From a virus (Duplodnaviria > Heunggongvirae > Uroviricota > Caudoviricetes), in the IMG/VR virus record IMGVR_UViG_3300044618_002782, positions 128,001 through 160,607 of that record: a stretch of DNA of 32,607 nucleotides; one strand, written 5' to 3'. Positions 28,350 to 32,607 of the stretch are shown piece after piece; the first letter of the stretch is position 1, and each line of letters begins with the position of its first letter. A program made the position numbers and the translations under genes. The notes under the pieces were generated by a model. That model ran no database searches. It was not told the origin of the DNA and was given only the letters and a program-made list of their open reading frames with translations.

Positions 28350-28355
28350 TAAAGC

Positions 28356-28856
28356 ATGAGAATACTTACACTTGACAACTTGGCTTATGATTTAGATACA
28401 CTTCCGGAAGAAGTGGATGACATGCGATTTGCTATTTTAGACAATAGCGATCCGCAAAACCCCGACTATCACTATATTCCTCTTATCTTTTTGGAAAGTT
28501 TTAATGCTCCGGCATTGGTGTTGCAAATCGGAGACCACACAATCAAAATGCCCATGGATTGGCGTATCCTTATTGGCGAACCCGACGGCGGTGACCTAGA
28601 AGTGTTGTCATTGACCAGTATCAATGATCGCGGGTTCAAGGCATTTCAGTTCAATCCGCTAACCAGTTTTCGTCCCAGTTTTCCCGACATTGAAATTGTA
28701 GATGTATATCACGACGTGGCTTGGTATGCACCCAAGCTGAAAAATGGACAAATGCTGAGTGTGCCGTTGGATGATACACACAAACCTGACTGTGTGTATT
28801 TTGTCAAGGACATCAGCAGAAACTGCGAAATTCTAGACTACAACAAGGCCTGGTAA
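28356..28856 (+). CDS. Hypothetical all-beta protein
   Basis: 166-aa ORF behind its own promoter. Confidence 0.8.
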   Translation: MRILTLDNLAYDLDTLPEEVDDMRFAILDNSDPQNPDYHYIPLIFLESFNAPALVLQIGDHTIKMPMDWRILIGEPDGGDLEVLSLTSINDRGFKAFQFNPLTSFRPSFPDIEIVDVYHDVAWYAPKLKNGQMLSVPLDDTHKPDCVYFVKDISRNCEILDYNKAW

Positions 28857-28857
28857 C

Positions 28858-29058
28858 ATGACACAATATTCCTCCAAAGAAAAACCACCGGTTGCCAAAA
28901 TTCAAGCTGCAGATTCTGCCAGCGAAAAAAAGCTTGATCGTCGAATTAGAAAATTAATCGACCAGGTGGAAGAGCAACAAAAAGTCATTGACAGAATGCA
29001 CAGAGATATAGTACGCTTGCGTGTAGCTATCAACGAAGTTTCAGCAAGGATCAAATAG
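28858..29058 (+). CDS. Small coiled-coil hypothetical protein
   Basis: Heptad pattern IRKLIDQVEEQQKVIDRMHRDIVRLRVAINEV. Confidence 0.7.
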   Translation: MTQYSSKEKPPVAKIQAADSASEKKLDRRIRKLIDQVEEQQKVIDRMHRDIVRLRVAINEVSARIK

Positions 29059-29060
29059 TC

Positions 29061-30194
29061 ATGCCACAAGTAGCCATGTACAATTGCTTATCCTATAATC
29101 TATTACCGCATGAGACTATTGATGTAAGTTTAATTAAAGTCTACAACGAAAATCCGCTTTCTAACTCGACTGATGAGTTAGAAAAATTTTTACTTGATAC
29201 AACTTCGATCAAGTTGGCTTTGGTGCATATAACTGATGATCTCAATTCTACCAAGACACGACTTGATCGACTCATTGGTTGTACACAAGTTATAGTTAAA
29301 GGTGTAGAGTTTAAAGCAGGCGTTCCAGAACTTGTCCTCAAGTACGATCTTCCCAATTTTGTATTCATACTTAACGGTTATTTAAATTTTGAGTTGCAAC
29401 ACGCAACAGTTGATCAAGACCTGTATTGGATTAAATCCACTACAGATCCATATATAAAAGATTGGGGTCATGTTTTAGAAAAAAATCTGCATCCTTTTGA
29501 CAAAAAACCTTTTATGTTTGATGTGCTGTACGGTGTTCCAAAATCTCACAGAATGTTTGTTAAGAAAAAACTTCAGACTATCGCAGACCCGACATGGTAT
29601 TATGAGTCACCGGTCTTTGTTAAACCAGGGGCAGATAGTAAAAATTGGGCCGGTTTTAATTTTGATCAGACTGATCTGTGGGAAGATAATATGGAAATCA
29701 ATATCGAGCAGACTTATCGCTGTCGATACCGCGGTAAAGAAATGCATATAAGTCAAGTTCTGCCACTTAAGATTTATAACAAGACAGCATACAGCATTGT
29801 TATGGAAACTTGGGCAGACAATCGTTACAGTTTCTTCACAGAAAAGATTGCCAAACCCATTTTGGGTCGCCGTCTGTTTGTAGTAATATCTGGGCAGCAC
29901 TTTCTTCGCAATTTACGACAGTTGGGATTTAAAACGTTTGACGGCATAATTGACGAGTCATATGATAGCATCCAAGAAAGCACAACACGCTGGGCAAAAG
30001 CTATTGAACAAACTAAATGGCTTTGCCAGCAGCCCCAGGAGAAGATATTATCGCAGATTGCACCAATAGTAATACATAACTTTGCAGTACTTAGTAATTT
30101 ACGTCTTTCACCAGTTGATGAATATGCTGAAAAATTTTTAATACAGAACGGATGCGCTAGTAAAGGAACAGTATATGAGTCAGACAACAGATAA
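29061..30194 (+). CDS. Hypothetical protein, possible GT-B (GT10-like) glycosyltransferase
   Basis: YSIVMET...FFTEKIAKP...LGFKTF...DESYD recalls the fucosyltransferase EN...TEK donor-binding motif. Confidence 0.45.
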   Translation: MPQVAMYNCLSYNLLPHETIDVSLIKVYNENPLSNSTDELEKFLLDTTSIKLALVHITDDLNSTKTRLDRLIGCTQVIVKGVEFKAGVPELVLKYDLPNFVFILNGYLNFELQHATVDQDLYWIKSTTDPYIKDWGHVLEKNLHPFDKKPFMFDVLYGVPKSHRMFVKKKLQTIADPTWYYESPVFVKPGADSKNWAGFNFDQTDLWEDNMEINIEQTYRCRYRGKEMHISQVLPLKIYNKTAYSIVMETWADNRYSFFTEKIAKPILGRRLFVVISGQHFLRNLRQLGFKTFDGIIDESYDSIQESTTRWAKAIEQTKWLCQQPQEKILSQIAPIVIHNFAVLSNLRLSPVDEYAEKFLIQNGCASKGTVYESDNR

Positions 30195-30477
30195 ATCGAC
30201 ACGCAGTCAGCGTATTCAACAAAAGAATCGACACATTGCACGGCAAGTACGAATTCGTCAGGCACACAAGTTTCCTGCGATCAATACCAGCAAGGTAGAC
30301 AGCCCGCATCGTTATCACAAGACAACAGGTGTAACCTGTGGCGATAGCCGCTGTGCCATGTGCGGAAATCCACGCAAGTTTTTCAAAGAACCTACTATGC
30401 AGGAAAAGCGTTGGTTACAGGACATGGATACCACCCGCGAACGTCGCAGCAACGGAACAATAAACAACGATGAGTGA
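30175..30477 (+). CDS. Basic hypothetical protein with Cys cluster (putative Zn-binding)
   Basis: H...CGDSRCAMCGNPRK; SD AAGGA. Confidence 0.7.
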   Translation: MSQTTDKSTRSQRIQQKNRHIARQVRIRQAHKFPAINTSKVDSPHRYHKTTGVTCGDSRCAMCGNPRKFFKEPTMQEKRWLQDMDTTRERRSNGTINNDE

Positions 30478-30919
30478 TAAACTAAACATTGCCAACGAAA
30501 TGCAGCAGTTGGACCTCAAAAACCGACAATTTTATAATGAGCTGACACCAGAGGAACGTAAAAAGTTTTCTAACTTTCTTATGATTCGCTGGGGCAGCAG
30601 TGTTCAAGGTCCTCGAGAGTTGCAGGAATACTATGTGCAAAGTTGCAATCATTACTTTAACAAACATTTCTTTTCTATAAACAAGCATCCCGAACTACAA
30701 TGGCTTTGTGCCACTGCTGTCAGTCCAGGCATGGGCGCACATCGACACCAGTGGATTGCACCCAAAAAGAAAGAAGGTAGTAACAGTGCTGTTAGAAAAA
30801 AATTAGCAGAGTTGCACCCCAGCATGAAAGACGACGAGTTAGATCTTTTGGCCAAGATAACAACCAAACAAGAATTGGATGAATATGTTAAAGCTCACGG
30901 TAACGAAGTAAAGAAATAA
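30470..30919 (+). CDS. Probable clamp-loader small subunit (T4 gp62-like)
   Basis: Size and KFSNFLMIRWGS...N...HPELQW...HQWI pattern; replication-gene context. Confidence 0.5.
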   Translation: MSDKLNIANEMQQLDLKNRQFYNELTPEERKKFSNFLMIRWGSSVQGPRELQEYYVQSCNHYFNKHFFSINKHPELQWLCATAVSPGMGAHRHQWIAPKKKEGSNSAVRKKLAELHPSMKDDELDLLAKITTKQELDEYVKAHGNEVKK

Positions 30920-30920
30920 C

Positions 30921-30949
30921 TTGTCCAACAAGATCTTCAGTGTTATACT
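30921..30949 (+). promoter_or_regulatory. Sigma70-like promoter with extended -10
   Basis: TTGTCC 30921-30926, 17 nt, TGtTATACT (-10 at 30944-30949). Confidence 0.55.
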
Positions 30950-30972
30950 AACCATTTTATCTGTGAAGAAGA

Positions 30973-31647
30973 ATGAAATTTGAATGTCAATACTGTAAAA
31001 AATCTTTTGCCAAAGAAACCACACTTATAGTACATGTTTGTGAGCAGAAGAAACGCTACCAAAGTCAAAATGAAACTGGTATACAGATAGGATTACGTGC
31101 TTATCAAAAATTCTATGACATGAGTCAAGGCACAGGGCGGTCAAAATCATTTGATGACTTTGCTGCCAGTCCCTACTATCGTGCATTTGCTCGTTTTGGA
31201 CAATACTGTGTCAGTGTACGTGCTGTCAACGTTCCGCGTTTTGTTGAATGGCTACTAAAGAACAACAAGAAAATTGATTACTGGTGTAAGGACAGTGTTT
31301 ACGAAGAATTCTTGGCAGAATATCTGCGAGTGGAAAATGTCATGGATGCCATATATCGAGCAATTGAAACCAGTATCGACTGGGCAGAAAAAACTGGCAA
31401 TCCAGCACATGATTACATAAGATTCGGCAACGACAATGTTATATGTCATGCTGTTTCGTCAGGCCGAGTCTCAGCTTGGGCACTGTATAACTCCACCTCC
31501 GGAGTAGAATTTTTATCTCGATTGAACAGTAATCAAATCAATCTGATTTGGCCGTATGTGGATGCTGACTTTTGGCAAAAACGGTTTCGAGACTACCCAG
31601 AAGACACAGCAGCAGCTCGTGACATTTTAAAACAGGCAGGATGGTGA
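30973..31647 (+). CDS. Hypothetical protein with N-terminal C2H2-like zinc finger
   Basis: FECQYCKKSF......LIVHVC. Confidence 0.75.
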   Translation: MKFECQYCKKSFAKETTLIVHVCEQKKRYQSQNETGIQIGLRAYQKFYDMSQGTGRSKSFDDFAASPYYRAFARFGQYCVSVRAVNVPRFVEWLLKNNKKIDYWCKDSVYEEFLAEYLRVENVMDAIYRAIETSIDWAEKTGNPAHDYIRFGNDNVICHAVSSGRVSAWALYNSTSGVEFLSRLNSNQINLIWPYVDADFWQKRFRDYPEDTAAARDILKQAGW

Positions 31648-32237
31648 TGTCAGCAGATATTGATATAGACCTGGCAGATCGTACTCAACTGTTGAACTTG
31701 ATCCGGCATACTACTGCACGACAACTGCATCAAGGACAGGTGCGTCGACACAACAGCGGAGTATATGTAACTGCTATTCCTCAGGATCCTGTAAATGGCT
31801 GTGCTGCGATCGATTATAACGAAGCAGAATCTCGCGGATATTTTAAAATCGATTTCTTAAACATGTCGGTTTATCAGCTGGTACGCGACCCTGAGCATTA
31901 CGAATCTGTGCTGGCAGCTGATGTCAACTGGGCACGATTGTGGACTGATCCAACCTGGGCAACACAACTGGTTCATGTGGGAAACTATGCGGATCTGCTG
32001 CAGACAATGAAACCAGATTCTATTCCTCGTATGGCAGCATTTATCAGCGTCATTAGACCTGGAAAAGCTCATTTGCAGAAATGTGCCTGGGATCAAGTAT
32101 TTGCGTCAGTGTGGGACGGCGACGACAGTCGAGGCTACACCTTTAAGAAAAGCCACAGCTTGGGTTATGCACGATTGGTTGCACTGCATATGAATTTACT
32201 AGAAGATGCAGAACGCAACTCTATTCAACCCGTTTGA
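31647..32237 (+). CDS. Minimal DNA polymerase III alpha (DnaE)-like catalytic domain
   Basis: DIDIDL, HNSGVY, KIDFL, IRPG, YTFKKSH...Y match DnaE PDxDxDF, HAGG, KxDFL, RPG, YxFNKSH; start is 31647 (TGATG coupling) or 31641. Confidence 0.8.
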   Translation: MSADIDIDLADRTQLLNLIRHTTARQLHQGQVRRHNSGVYVTAIPQDPVNGCAAIDYNEAESRGYFKIDFLNMSVYQLVRDPEHYESVLAADVNWARLWTDPTWATQLVHVGNYADLLQTMKPDSIPRMAAFISVIRPGKAHLQKCAWDQVFASVWDGDDSRGYTFKKSHSLGYARLVALHMNLLEDAERNSIQPV

Positions 32238-32598
32238 CCAGAGTAACACTTTTTCTTTTTGATTTTTTACGACTCAGGTCGCTTAGGCTACAAACAGGTC
32301 CGCATAAAATTGTTAGATCTTTGTTGACAAAAGTACGACGATACTGCCGGAATGGTTCCCATTCTGACTTCAAAAAAATATTAATAGGTATGCTTCTATT
32401 GCTTTCCCACCACCATACCGCTGCCAACTCAATAAACAACAATTTGAGTTGAGTATCTTGTATGTTGCCAAAGTCGTAAATGGTGGTAATGGTTTCGTCG
32501 CGATTTTGTACGATGCCAACATATTCCATGTTGGCATAAATGCATAGAGACATGAAAGGATATTTGGCAGTAAGCTGTTCTATTATGTTGTTGCCCAT
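32221..32598 (-). CDS. Hypothetical protein
   Basis: 125-aa ORF (YPF...EYVGIVQN...WWWESNRSIPINIFL); AATA 5 nt before its ATG at the window edge fits a truncated TAAATA. Confidence 0.75.
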   Translation of the reverse strand: MGNNIIEQLTAKYPFMSLCIYANMEYVGIVQNRDETITTIYDFGNIQDTQLKLLFIELAAVWWWESNRSIPINIFLKSEWEPFRQYRRTFVNKDLTILCGPVCSLSDLSRKKSKRKSVTLVKRVE

Positions 32599-32607
32599 GC
32601 GGGTATT

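Overview
A 32.6-kb segment of a large T4-related tailed dsDNA phage genome (standard genetic code, densely coding, no tRNA, rRNA or CRISPR seen). Core genes: gp17-like terminase large subunit, gp32-like ssDNA-binding protein, UvsX, UvsY, UvsW, a probable gp62-like clamp-loader subunit and a 196-aa minimal DnaE-like (C-family) polymerase domain. Accessory content: an ~11.3-kb glycan-building cluster (Gmd, cupins, cytidylyltransferase, about 8 glycosyltransferases, 4 methyltransferases), two radical-SAM + SGNH-like gene pairs and a free-standing GIY-YIG endonuclease in front of gene 32. The non-coding DNA shows a possible regulatory system. (i) Four ~90-bp early cassettes (18-bp palindrome, TAGACC-17-TATAAT promoter, AACAAAACAGGAGC leader) each drive a short gene. 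(ii) The last cassette's operon ends in a hairpin whose loop and 3' arm (GCTCCTGTTT) are the exact complement of that shared leader/Shine-Dalgarno. (iii) Genes behind the T4-like late motif TAAATA appear leaderless, so they would escape such an anti-SD RNA. All product calls come from motif recognition by eye, with no database searches; the regulatory model is inference.
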